NCBI GenBank assembly: GCA_015057505.1
Contig: SVEG01000008.1
Coordinates: 8,682 to 72,681 of the forward strand
Reading direction: 5' to 3'
DNA from: Lachnospiraceae bacterium
GTDB lineage: Bacteria; Bacillota; Clostridia; Lachnospirales; Lachnospiraceae
DNA: 64,000 nt
In this document: positions 18,075 to 26,596 of the stretch, piece after piece
Position numbering within the stretch: the stretch's first letter is position 1
Layout of the letters: every line of letters begins with the position of its first letter
Made by a program: the position numbers and the translations under genes
The notes under the pieces: generated by a model
What the model saw: the letters and a program-made list of their open reading frames with translations, nothing else
Databases searched by the model: none
What the model was told of the DNA's origin: nothing

Positions 18075-19133
18075 TCAACCGATTGACGACATAATGCTTG
18101 CAAGCGGCAACATAATCGAAATAAGTATACCTCCGATAATTACAGACAAAAAGGCTACCATTGTCGGTTCAATAAATGATACAACCTTTGCTATCTCATC
18201 ATTCACTTCATCCTCGTAAAGCTTGGAAAGACGCTTCATAACCCCATCAAGTTGCCCTGCTTTAAAGCCCACATTAATCATTCTGGTATGTAATGCCGGG
18301 AAAACCTTTATCTTGGTAATTGCCTCTACAAAGGATGTTCCCTCCTGCACCATCACAGAACAATCCTTAAGCTTTTGTTTTGTAAGTCTGTCACTTACAA
18401 CGCCCGGTGCAAGTTCAAGTGCTTTTTCAAGTTCCAAACCACTTGAAAGCATCATTGCAAGCACAGATGAAAGTCTGGCTGATGTTATCGTCTTATTAAG
18501 CTTTTTTAAAAACGGAAGTTTCTGTACCACCTCTCGAACCTTATGTCCATTTCCCGTAAAAGCAACTATAAGATAGATTAAAAGCGCTATAACAAGAACC
18601 GCCACAATAACTATCAGAGTTATTTTTCCAAAATTAATTCCAAAACCCATAATCATCTTGCCTGTTCCCGACATCTCTGTTCCGAGATTCTTAAATATCT
18701 CCTCAAACAAGGGCATAACTCTTGTAATAAGCACTGTAAGAACCACCGCCATCATACATACAAGAAGTATTGGATACGAAATCGCCGTATATATTGACTT
18801 CTTAATAGTATTCTCGTTTTCATAATAAAGCGACAACGACTCCATTACTTCTTCAAGCTTACCGGCCTCTTCTCCGATGAGTACCATATTAACCATGTAC
18901 TCCGGAAAAATCCCCACGGTCTCAAGTCCTTTATGTAACGAACCGGTCTCTGATACAACCTCACTTACCTCTGAAAAAATCTTCTTTGCCTTCTCATCTT
19001 CTATTCCTTCGCAAAGTGTATCCATCCCATCATGTAACTGAATTCCTGATTTTAAGATTAAAGCAACCTGCTCGCAAAACATTGAAATCTCATCCGGCGG
19101 CAGTGTCTTTTTAAGTTTGAAAAAATTAGCCAT
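18075..19133 (-). CDS. Type II secretion / type IV pilus platform protein (GspF/PilC/ComGB family)
   Basis: 352 aa with two GspF-type repeats (..LKSGIQLHDGMDTL..FPEYMVNMVLIGEEAGKLEEV.. and ..LSSGLELEKALELA..FPALHTRMINVGFKAGQLDGV..) and three TM segments. Confidence 0.85.
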   Translation of the reverse strand: MANFFKLKKTLPPDEISMFCEQVALILKSGIQLHDGMDTLCEGIEDEKAKKIFSEVSEVVSETGSLHKGLETVGIFPEYMVNMVLIGEEAGKLEEVMESLSLYYENENTIKKSIYTAISYPILLVCMMAVVLTVLITRVMPLFEEIFKNLGTEMSGTGKMIMGFGINFGKITLIVIVAVLVIALLIYLIVAFTGNGHKVREVVQKLPFLKKLNKTITSARLSSVLAMMLSSGLELEKALELAPGVVSDRLTKQKLKDCSVMVQEGTSFVEAITKIKVFPALHTRMINVGFKAGQLDGVMKRLSKLYEDEVNDEIAKVVSFIEPTMVAFLSVIIGGILISIMLPLASIMSSIG

Positions 19134-19157
19134 AATATATTCCCTCCACTTTACAGG

Positions 19158-20462
19158 TTAGTATCGTTTCACTTCAACATAATTCTGTCCGGTCGCTCCT
19201 CCCGCTGCGAATGTAGCGTCAAAAAGAGTCCATTTACCATTATAATATACCTTGTTCCATGCATGCCATGATGCACCTTTTGCCGAACCATATATTACCT
19301 GCGTCGGTATACCCTGTGCCCTAAGCATCGCAGCCATAAGTACCGCATAATCAAGACATATACCTTTTTTCGTACTGAGAGTAACATCCGGCGACGAAAC
19401 ATAATTGGTGCCCACATTGGCAGCTTTATCGTAATCATACTTTACATTTGCCACAATAAATTCGTAAACTGCATTTACCTTCTGCTCGTCGGTTGTCTTT
19501 CCTGAACACAACTCAAATGACTTCTTAACAGCGTCCGATTCCTTTGTATATTCAACTCGCTGAGTCGGTATCAAATATGGATTATTCTCGTTCGTCATTG
19601 ATGCTTTTATCGTTGTAGCATGTACCTGAAAATATCTGCCCTGACCGTTATTCTGATAAACCCCGACAGTATATGAACCACTACCCGATTGAAGCGAATA
19701 CACCTCATATGTACCATTCATATTCAAATTATAGTCGTAAGTTGTTCCGTCCTGATATATTATACGAATCTTAAGATTAGAATTGGCACCTTCCATCTTA
19801 ATCATAATATATCCGTCATTTGCATTACTATAATCTATCGTAGCACCATTCTGTGAGCTTACCTTTATCCCCGATGCTTTCGCTTCCTTTATATCTCCCA
19901 CAATCACCTTAGGCGGTTCCGGCTCAACCACGGGTGGATTTGTGCTCGTTGTCGGCTCCTCAGTAGTAGTCGGCTCCGGAGTACTCGTCGGCTCCGGGGT
20001 ACTTGTCGGCTCCGGAGTACTCGTCGGCTCCGGGGTACTTGTCGGCTCCGGGGTACTCGTCGGTTCCGGGGTACTTGTCGGTTCCGGGGTACTTGTCGGT
20101 TCCGGAGTACTCGTCGGCTCCGGGGTACTCGTCGGTTCCGGAGTACTCGTCGGCTCCGGGGTACTCGTCGGTTCCGGGGTACTTGTCGGTTCCTCTGTAC
20201 TTGTCTGTTTCTCAGTACTTGTCGACTCCTCCACATTTGTTGAAAAATCTGAAGAAGTTTCCGTTGTCGATTCTGATGCAGTTGTATTATCCGGGCTACT
20301 GCTTTGTTTTTCACCACTTCCATCTTCCGTCTCATATGTAGAGGCTGTAGAAGTGTCTGTATCACCACTGTCAGGCGTTTTACTACACGCCACAGGAAAG
20401 TTCAGTAGCAGAATTCCCGCTATGCACAAAGCGGCAAAGCGGCGTAATATTCTACTATTCAA
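19158..20462 (-). CDS. Transglutaminase-like lipoprotein with EPTSTP repeat linker
   Basis: Lipobox FPVACS. Cys-His-Asp core (KGICLDYA, SWHAWN, LFDATF). The ORF track start is 20480 (TTG). The TTG at 20462 is 6 nt after GGAGGG. Confidence 0.8.
   Translation of the reverse strand: MNSRILRRFAALCIAGILLLNFPVACSKTPDSGDTDTSTASTYETEDGSGEKQSSSPDNTTASESTTETSSDFSTNVEESTSTEKQTSTEEPTSTPEPTSTPEPTSTPEPTSTPEPTSTPEPTSTPEPTSTPEPTSTPEPTSTPEPTSTPEPTSTPEPTSTPEPTTTEEPTTSTNPPVVEPEPPKVIVGDIKEAKASGIKVSSQNGATIDYSNANDGYIMIKMEGANSNLKIRIIYQDGTTYDYNLNMNGTYEVYSLQSGSGSYTVGVYQNNGQGRYFQVHATTIKASMTNENNPYLIPTQRVEYTKESDAVKKSFELCSGKTTDEQKVNAVYEFIVANVKYDYDKAANVGTNYVSSPDVTLSTKKGICLDYAVLMAAMLRAQGIPTQVIYGSAKGASWHAWNKVYYNGKWTLFDATFAAGGATGQNYVEVKRY
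19971..20204 (-). repeat. About 13 x 18-nt in-frame tandem repeat (EPTSTP)
   Basis: cggYtccggRgtactYgt units run head to tail with only synonymous-type variation. Confidence 0.95.
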
Positions 20463-20476
20463 AAAAGTCCCTCCAT

Positions 20477-21691
20477 TCAAATTTCTACAGGTTCAATCGC
20501 CTGTAATCTGGATACGAGTTTTATTTTGAAATTTTTATTTTTACTTCTAAACCGTTCTTCAATCCTCGCGCAAACCTTTTGACCGTTTTCATATGATGTA
20601 TACGGCAAAAGCGCGACAAGCTGAAGCGTACTGTATTTTGAAACAACATCACTCATACGCAGACTGTCAACCATAATATTCTTAAGAAGCATTATTGAAC
20701 GCTTGATTACTTCCTTATCAGGCATTCCTCCACCGATATCAGAAATCGTAAACAACGCAAAATACACTGATGCACCATTTCTCTGTAGCATTCTTGACTG
20801 CAACCTGTATATATTCTTGAATATGTCATAATCACAGAAAAATGCTCCTCGTCCCAAAACAGCTTCAATCAAATCTGTCTGTATATTACGAATATCATAT
20901 TCAACATTATGTACACTCTTTGTAAGTTCACGGTAAAACTTTACCGTTTCCTCTGAAAGCCCTACACCAAATTCCTCAAAAAACAGCTCCTCAATATGCT
21001 GATAATGTTCTGTCACCTTCTGCAAACGCGATGTTTTAGCATATGCCTCAAGAAGCATTACATGTACATCTTCGTCATAAGCATAAAAACAATTATATTT
21101 CTCGCATACCGTAACTATATCTCCGAATCTGCCGTCCTCACGCAGCATTTTAAGCAAAAGCTTCGTATTTTTGGTATAAAGCGAGTGATAATATGCATTT
21201 AAATGTATTACCCACTCATAAAAAGAGGATTTAGGCAAAAATTCACCCTTATACAGATTAAATATTTTGTTTAATTTCTCTATTTTATCTGACCGCTCAA
21301 TCTGCCCGTGCTCTACTTCTTCTGACAAAAGCTCCATTTCTTCTGTATCAACAACGCATTCCACAGCATTATTCCAGACATATGTATTACCTTCATACTT
21401 TATCAGATCTACTGATTGCTCATCATCTGCCCATAAACTCTTAAGTACATTCCTTGCTCTGTATGCCATATTCTTAAGCGTATTGAGCGGATTGTCAAAC
21501 TCCTCTCCATCCCAGACCGACTCAACAAGTTTCTCCTGTGAAACCGTAACATTGCGATTGGCGACAAGAAATTCTATCAAATTCATAACCTTCTTGGAAC
21601 GGCTGGACTCACCATTAAGAGTTCTGTCTCCTCTTCGGATAGAGAACTCTCCAAGCATCTGTATATAAAGCCGATTATTATCATTCTCCAT
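20477..21691 (-). CDS. Winged-helix/BTAD (SARP-like) transcriptional regulator with C-terminal degenerate GGDEF domain
   Basis: N-terminus LYIQMLGEFSIRRGD...LIEFLVANRN..VSQEKLVESVW is SARP/OmpR-like. C-terminus aligns by eye to GGDEF, with RMSD-VVSKY-STLQL in place of RxxD-xxxRx-GGDEF. Confidence 0.7.
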   Translation of the reverse strand: MENDNNRLYIQMLGEFSIRRGDRTLNGESSRSKKVMNLIEFLVANRNVTVSQEKLVESVWDGEEFDNPLNTLKNMAYRARNVLKSLWADDEQSVDLIKYEGNTYVWNNAVECVVDTEEMELLSEEVEHGQIERSDKIEKLNKIFNLYKGEFLPKSSFYEWVIHLNAYYHSLYTKNTKLLLKMLREDGRFGDIVTVCEKYNCFYAYDEDVHVMLLEAYAKTSRLQKVTEHYQHIEELFFEEFGVGLSEETVKFYRELTKSVHNVEYDIRNIQTDLIEAVLGRGAFFCDYDIFKNIYRLQSRMLQRNGASVYFALFTISDIGGGMPDKEVIKRSIMLLKNIMVDSLRMSDVVSKYSTLQLVALLPYTSYENGQKVCARIEERFRSKNKNFKIKLVSRLQAIEPVEI

Positions 21692-21774
21692 ACACTAAAT
21701 CCCCCTTGTAATTTTTCAACCTTATAATTACCCTATTATATTAAACATAATACCACATTTTTTTACATCTAACA

Positions 21775-21804
21775 ACAAAAAAAGAGTGCCATAAAAGGCA
21801 CTCT
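21775..21804 (-). terminator. Intrinsic terminator after xerD
   Basis: AGAGTGCC ttttat GGCACTCT followed by TTTTTTT on the minus strand. Confidence 0.8.
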
Positions 21805-21806
21805 AA

Positions 21807-22682
21807 TTATTTTCTGGGATGTGCTTTAACATAAACATCTCTCAATCTGCTGTTCATATTAAGGTATATCTGTGTAGTTGATATGTCCGAATGCCCCATC
21901 ATCTCCTGCACTGCACGTAAATCTGCTCCATTCTCAACCATATGCGCTGCAAATGAATGTCGAAGTGTATGCGGTGTAAGCTCTGATTTAATCCCTGCTT
22001 TTTCTCCATAGTATTTTATAAGTTTCCAAAAACCCTGACGACTCATCTCTTTACCTGAACAATTAGTGAACATAAATTCACTCTCATTATCATGTAAAAG
22101 TTCCGCTCTTGCCGTCTTAAGATATGCCGTCAATGCCGATTTAGCTTTAGTTCCAAAAGGAATTACCCTCTCTTTATCTCCAGCACTGCAAACAATATAC
22201 CCGAGTTTGACATTCACATCGGAAATCTTCAAGCCGATAAGCTCCGAAACCCTTATTCCCGTGGCATATAAAAGTTCAAGCATCGCTTTATCACGAAGGC
22301 CCTTGGCAGTCTTGGAATCAGGCTGTTCCAAGAGTGTATCTGTCTCCTGTATTGTCAAAATCTCCGGAAACTTCTTCTCTATCTTGGGTGCCTTAAGTCT
22401 GAGTGCCGGATTGTCATTTATAAGTCTGCTCTGAAAAAGGTATCCGAAAAAGGCTTTTATTGACGCAATATTTCTCGAAATAGAAGACGGCGCACTACCG
22501 TTCTTCTCTAAGAACAACATATACGAATTAAGCGTGGTATCAGTAACCCTTACCGCATCTGTTATACCCTGCTTTTCAAGGTATTCACAAAGTTTCTGCA
22601 AATCCCTTTTATAAGACAATATTGTATTTTTAGAAGCTCCTTTTTCCTCTTCCAGATATGTAATAAATGACTGTACTTCCAT
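21807..22682 (-). CDS. xerD: Tyrosine site-specific recombinase XerD-type
   Basis: HTLRHSFAAHMVENGADLRAVQEMMGHSDISTTQIYLN catalytic region. Conserved nudix-spoIIM-xerD context. The ORF track start at 22736 is probably too long. Confidence 0.85.
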   Translation of the reverse strand: MEVQSFITYLEEEKGASKNTILSYKRDLQKLCEYLEKQGITDAVRVTDTTLNSYMLFLEKNGSAPSSISRNIASIKAFFGYLFQSRLINDNPALRLKAPKIEKKFPEILTIQETDTLLEQPDSKTAKGLRDKAMLELLYATGIRVSELIGLKISDVNVKLGYIVCSAGDKERVIPFGTKAKSALTAYLKTARAELLHDNESEFMFTNCSGKEMSRQGFWKLIKYYGEKAGIKSELTPHTLRHSFAAHMVENGADLRAVQEMMGHSDISTTQIYLNMNSRLRDVYVKAHPRK

Positions 22683-22873
22683 TTCCGTATCCACCCCAAT
22701 AATTCCACGAAATTTTATCATTATGTTAACGTCCAAGAACCATTATATATGTATTTTTCAATAAAATCAAATGCTTTTTTCTTGATTTTTCGGCCTTTTC
22801 TGCTTGTTTACATAAAAAAATACAAGATGTCGATTATAGGCCAAATGTACCATACAACATCTTGTGAAAATTT

Positions 22874-23437
22874 TTATAAAAATTTTTTTAATATCCAAAC
22901 ATTAAATACACTTTCACATATAATACCAATAAATAAAAGCATCAATGCCATTAATAAAATCCTTACGATATCCAACATTGTCTCTTTGTTTAAGTTCCCT
23001 TGCGAATTTTTTGCACTACACATTTTGAACCATGCCAAAACATAAAAAATATAGTGCGGTGTTAGCGTAGCAAAAAAAAACACAAGACCTTTAAGTGCAT
23101 ACTCCTGTACATAAAATGCTTCAAGAACAGCACATGAAAAACCACACACTCCACAATATATGTACGCAATAACACGTCTAAGAACAGTTATCTGTGTTAA
23201 AAATAATATTCCAAATTGTTTAAACCGTTCCCCTGCAACATACTTTAACAGACTTGCCGAAACAATATCATTTCTTCTAAGCTTGTCCGTCCTAAGTTCC
23301 TGATAAAGACACATTACCGGATAAATCATATCGTTTTTTAGCTGAAAAAATGTTACACCAAGTATTACTCCTATAACAAATGCTATCAGATAAATCTGCG
23401 CATCTGTTATCGTAAACTTCGCCATACGTCTGTGCAT
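22874..23437 (-). CDS. SpoIIM-like membrane protein
   Basis: 187 aa, multi-TM. Its position between the nudix gene and xerD matches Clostridia synteny. Sequence evidence is weak (TLTPHYIFYV). Confidence 0.5.
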   Translation of the reverse strand: MHRRMAKFTITDAQIYLIAFVIGVILGVTFFQLKNDMIYPVMCLYQELRTDKLRRNDIVSASLLKYVAGERFKQFGILFLTQITVLRRVIAYIYCGVCGFSCAVLEAFYVQEYALKGLVFFFATLTPHYIFYVLAWFKMCSAKNSQGNLNKETMLDIVRILLMALMLLFIGIICESVFNVWILKKFL

Positions 23438-23495
23438 ATATTATCCTCTTTTCATTCTGATAAAACAATATATGCTTTTTAGAAATTAATATGAC

Positions 23496-24035
23496 TTATT
23501 TGTCCAAGTACTTCTCTTTATACGCAAAGATTCCCGCAATCGTCTTGGAATCGGTAATCTCACCGCTGTATATCATAGAAAGCAATTCTTCAACCGAATA
23601 TGTCTCCACTTCAACAAATTCGTCCTCGTCAAGGTTCTGTTTTGAAGGTTTTAAATCCTTCGCAATAAAAACCTCTATCTTTTCATTACAAAACGCAACT
23701 GTAGTATTAAGTGTCAGCAAGTGTTCAAGGTTATCCGAGAAAAATCCCGTCTCCTCTTCCAGTTCTCTTGCTGCACAGACAATCCCTTCCTCTTCCGCCG
23801 TATCCTTGGCACCCGCAGGAAGCTCCACGGTAAATCTGTCAAGTGCATTGCGGTACTGTCTGACCATAAGAAGCTTTCCCTCATCCGTAACCGCAACAAC
23901 TGCTGCTGCACCCTTATGTCCGAGGAAATCATAATATACTACCTTACCGTCCTGTGTCTCAATCTTGTCTTCATAAAAATTCAGAATCCTGCCTGTAAAA
24001 ACAAGCTTTCTGTCAAGTCTGTTTTGCGGTTTCAT
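23496..24035 (-). CDS. NUDIX hydrolase (ADP-ribose pyrophosphatase type)
   Basis: Nudix box GAKDTAEEEGIVCAARELEEETGF. The ATG at 24035 follows GAGG. The track start is 24047. Confidence 0.85.
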   Translation of the reverse strand: MKPQNRLDRKLVFTGRILNFYEDKIETQDGKVVYYDFLGHKGAAAVVAVTDEGKLLMVRQYRNALDRFTVELPAGAKDTAEEEGIVCAARELEEETGFFSDNLEHLLTLNTTVAFCNEKIEVFIAKDLKPSKQNLDEDEFVEVETYSVEELLSMIYSGEITDSKTIAGIFAYKEKYLDK

Positions 24036-24076
24036 TTTTAACCTCATTTCTACGATATAATTTGCATGTCTTACGC

Positions 24077-24868
24077 TTACTTAAGCTCTTCTGCTCTTGC
24101 ATAGCATTTGTCCGTTGCCTTAAATATTGCATTTCTAAAACCGTATTCTTCAAGTGCTGCAACTGCCGCTATTGTTGTGCCGCCGGGTGAACAAACCCTA
24201 TCTTTAAGTACCGATGGATTCTCTCCTGTTTCAAGCACCATCTTTGCCGCACCGAGTACTGTCTGTGCCGCCATCTCATATGCCGCATCTCTGGGAATAC
24301 CGTATTTTACAACGCTGTCGGCAAGTGCCTCAATAAACATGTACACATATGCGGGAGAACTTCCACTTGCGCAGGTAACCGCACTCATCATGGCCTCTGT
24401 AACAATCTTCACTCTTCCGCATGCTTCAAGAATTCCAAGCACGGTATTTTTCTCTTCTGCAGTATATTCAGACGCATCAAAACATACACCGCTCATTCCA
24501 GCCTCGACAAGCGCCGGAGTGTTTGGCATGACTCTTATCACTCTTGCATTTCCGCCAAGAGACTCATTAATGGTATCAATTGTCAATCCCGCCATAATAG
24601 AAACGATAACCTTGTCCTTAGTTACATAAGCTTTAATCTCATCCGCTACTTCTTTAAAATACTGTGGTTTTACAGCGAGAAAAATATACTTTGCAGTCTT
24701 CACACAGGAAATGTTATCATCCGCTCTTTCTACACCTATGGACTGAGCCACTTCATCAGTAACATATTTATCAGAAAAAACAAAATTGTCTGCACTGTTA
24801 CTTTTAAGCGCTCCTTTAAGAAGAGCTTTCCCCATATTACCCATTCCGATAAAACCTATCTTATTCAT
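24077..24868 (-). CDS. proC: Pyrroline-5-carboxylate reductase
   Basis: IGFIGMGNMGKAL Rossmann motif. C-terminal SPGGTT motif. 263 aa. Confidence 0.9.
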   Translation of the reverse strand: MNKIGFIGMGNMGKALLKGALKSNSADNFVFSDKYVTDEVAQSIGVERADDNISCVKTAKYIFLAVKPQYFKEVADEIKAYVTKDKVIVSIMAGLTIDTINESLGGNARVIRVMPNTPALVEAGMSGVCFDASEYTAEEKNTVLGILEACGRVKIVTEAMMSAVTCASGSSPAYVYMFIEALADSVVKYGIPRDAAYEMAAQTVLGAAKMVLETGENPSVLKDRVCSPGGTTIAAVAALEEYGFRNAIFKATDKCYARAEELK

Positions 24869-25085
24869 ACTTTATTCCTCCACATTCTGCTTTATAGAAT
24901 TTCATTCCGTCAATTACGTATATTATACATTTTATCACTAAATTGTACAATGTACATCTGTTATTTTACAAAAACTTATTAATCTTTTTATATAGAATTT
25001 CATAAAAAAACTGCTGTGCCTAATTCATAAATTAATGTGTCCGGGATTCCGGATACATATCATAATAGCACAACAGCTTTTATTT

Positions 25086-26369
25086 TTATTTATTCGCAAT
25101 TAACTTATCAACACTTACAAGCTTAACGGCAAGCACAAACACTTCTGCCGCCTGCTCAAGGTCGCTCATCGTCGGGAACGAAGGCGCAATACGTATATTG
25201 CTGTCCTTGGGGTCGTTACCATAGGGATATGTTGCACCTGCTCCCGTAAGAACAACTCCAAGTTCCTTACACTTTGCAACAATGGCCTTTGCACAACCTT
25301 CAAGTGCATCAAAGGAAATAAAGTATCCGCCAAGAGGTCTTGACCATGTAGCAATTCCAAGTCCGTCAAGCTCTTTATCAAGAATCTCAAGCACCTTATC
25401 AAACTTAGGTCGCATAATAGCTGCATGCTTCTCCATATGTCTGTTCATACCGTCAATATCTTTAAAATAAAGAACATGTCTAAGCTGATTAACCTTGTCA
25501 TGACTGATTGTCTGAATTGTCATCTGCTTCTTAATTGCCGCAATATTGGCAGGTGAAGCCGCCATAGCCGCTACACCGCTTCCCGCAAAACTTACCTTCG
25601 AAGTTGAACCGAAGATATAATAAATATCTTCATTGCCCGCTTTCTCACACTCTTTTGCAAGATTTAAAAGTGTATCCTTCTTTTCATATAAATGATGGAT
25701 GCAGTATGCATTATCCCAAAAGATTCTAAAATCCTTGGCAGCAGGTTTAAGTGCCGCAAATCTTCTTACAACCTCATCTGAGAAAGTAATTCCTGTCGGA
25801 TTTGAATACATCGGAACACACCAGATACCCTTAACAGAATCATCGTTATTAACATAGTTCTCCACAATATCCATATCCGGACCATCTGCATTCATGGGAA
25901 TGGTAATCATTTCAATGCCGAAATATTCAGTAATGGCAAAATGTCTGTCATACCCCGGAGCCGGACATAAAAATTTAACCTTATCAAGCTTACACCAAGG
26001 TGTACTTCCAAGCACACCATGTGTGTATGATCTTGAAACTGTATCATACATTATATTAAGACTGGAGTTACCATATACGATTACATTCTCAGGCTCAGCA
26101 CCGAGCATATCTCCCATAAGCTTCTTAGCGGCACCGATTCCATCCATAATACCGTAATTTCTGCAATCCATTCCACCATCAGCCTTCATATTGGTATCGG
26201 CATTGATAACCCCAAGCATATCCATAGCAATATCAAGCTGTGCTGTCTCAGGCTTGCCTCTTGACATATCTAATGACAAATTCTTAAGCTTTGCTGACTT
26301 CTCCTGCTCAAGTAAACTTTTTCTCTCTTCAATTAACTGCTCTTTAGTCATTGCCTCATATAACCGCAT
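25086..26369 (-). CDS. PLP-dependent aminotransferase (fold type I)
   Basis: About 427 aa from the ATG at 26369 (GGAGGA RBS). Contains STSKVSFAGSG, a PLP-lysine type motif. Confidence 0.8.
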   Translation of the reverse strand: MRLYEAMTKEQLIEERKSLLEQEKSAKLKNLSLDMSRGKPETAQLDIAMDMLGVINADTNMKADGGMDCRNYGIMDGIGAAKKLMGDMLGAEPENVIVYGNSSLNIMYDTVSRSYTHGVLGSTPWCKLDKVKFLCPAPGYDRHFAITEYFGIEMITIPMNADGPDMDIVENYVNNDDSVKGIWCVPMYSNPTGITFSDEVVRRFAALKPAAKDFRIFWDNAYCIHHLYEKKDTLLNLAKECEKAGNEDIYYIFGSTSKVSFAGSGVAAMAASPANIAAIKKQMTIQTISHDKVNQLRHVLYFKDIDGMNRHMEKHAAIMRPKFDKVLEILDKELDGLGIATWSRPLGGYFISFDALEGCAKAIVAKCKELGVVLTGAGATYPYGNDPKDSNIRIAPSFPTMSDLEQAAEVFVLAVKLVSVDKLIANK

Positions 26370-26532
26370 TGTATCCTCCAAAATATATAAAATGAATTTT
26401 TCTTTTCCAAAACTTGCAAATTCCTTGCACACATTTCTATATTTTATATAAAACATCTTTTCTTGTCAATATAAGATTTCATAAAAAGATTTTGGTATGC
26501 AAATGCTTTTAGAATCAAAATTTCCGCAAAAT

Positions 26533-26567
26533 AAAAAAAACGGTTGAAGTCATAAGACTTCAACCGT
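26533..26567 (-). terminator. Intrinsic terminator after rny
   Basis: ACGGTTGAAGTC ttat GACTTCAACCGT followed by TTTTTTTT on the minus strand. Confidence 0.85.
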
Positions 26568-26596
26568 AATTTTCAAATAGTTATCGGTAAAGCAAA

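Noticed and set aside
19971-20204. Regular short repeats that could be mistaken for a CRISPR array
   Set aside because: The units are contiguous 18-mers with no spacers, in frame within a coding sequence. No cas genes are present in the window.
19942-20529. 195-aa plus-strand ORF (VLVGSG repeats) and the other repeat-derived ORFs at 19904-20368 and 20003-20341
   Set aside because: They are alternative-frame or antisense readings of the 18-nt EPTSTP tandem repeat inside the transglutaminase lipoprotein gene. They are low-complexity and have no RBS.
21692-21806. Possible c-di-GMP riboswitch upstream of the filament-like operon
   Set aside because: The region is AT-rich with only a promoter-like TATAAT. 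It shows no GEMM-like conserved helices that I could recognise.
21807-22736. Tyrosine recombinase that could mark an integrative mobile element
   Set aside because: The sequence has the XerD-type catalytic region. It sits in the conserved Clostridia housekeeping context (nudix, spoIIM-like, xerD) with its own terminator. There are no flanking repeats or cargo genes.
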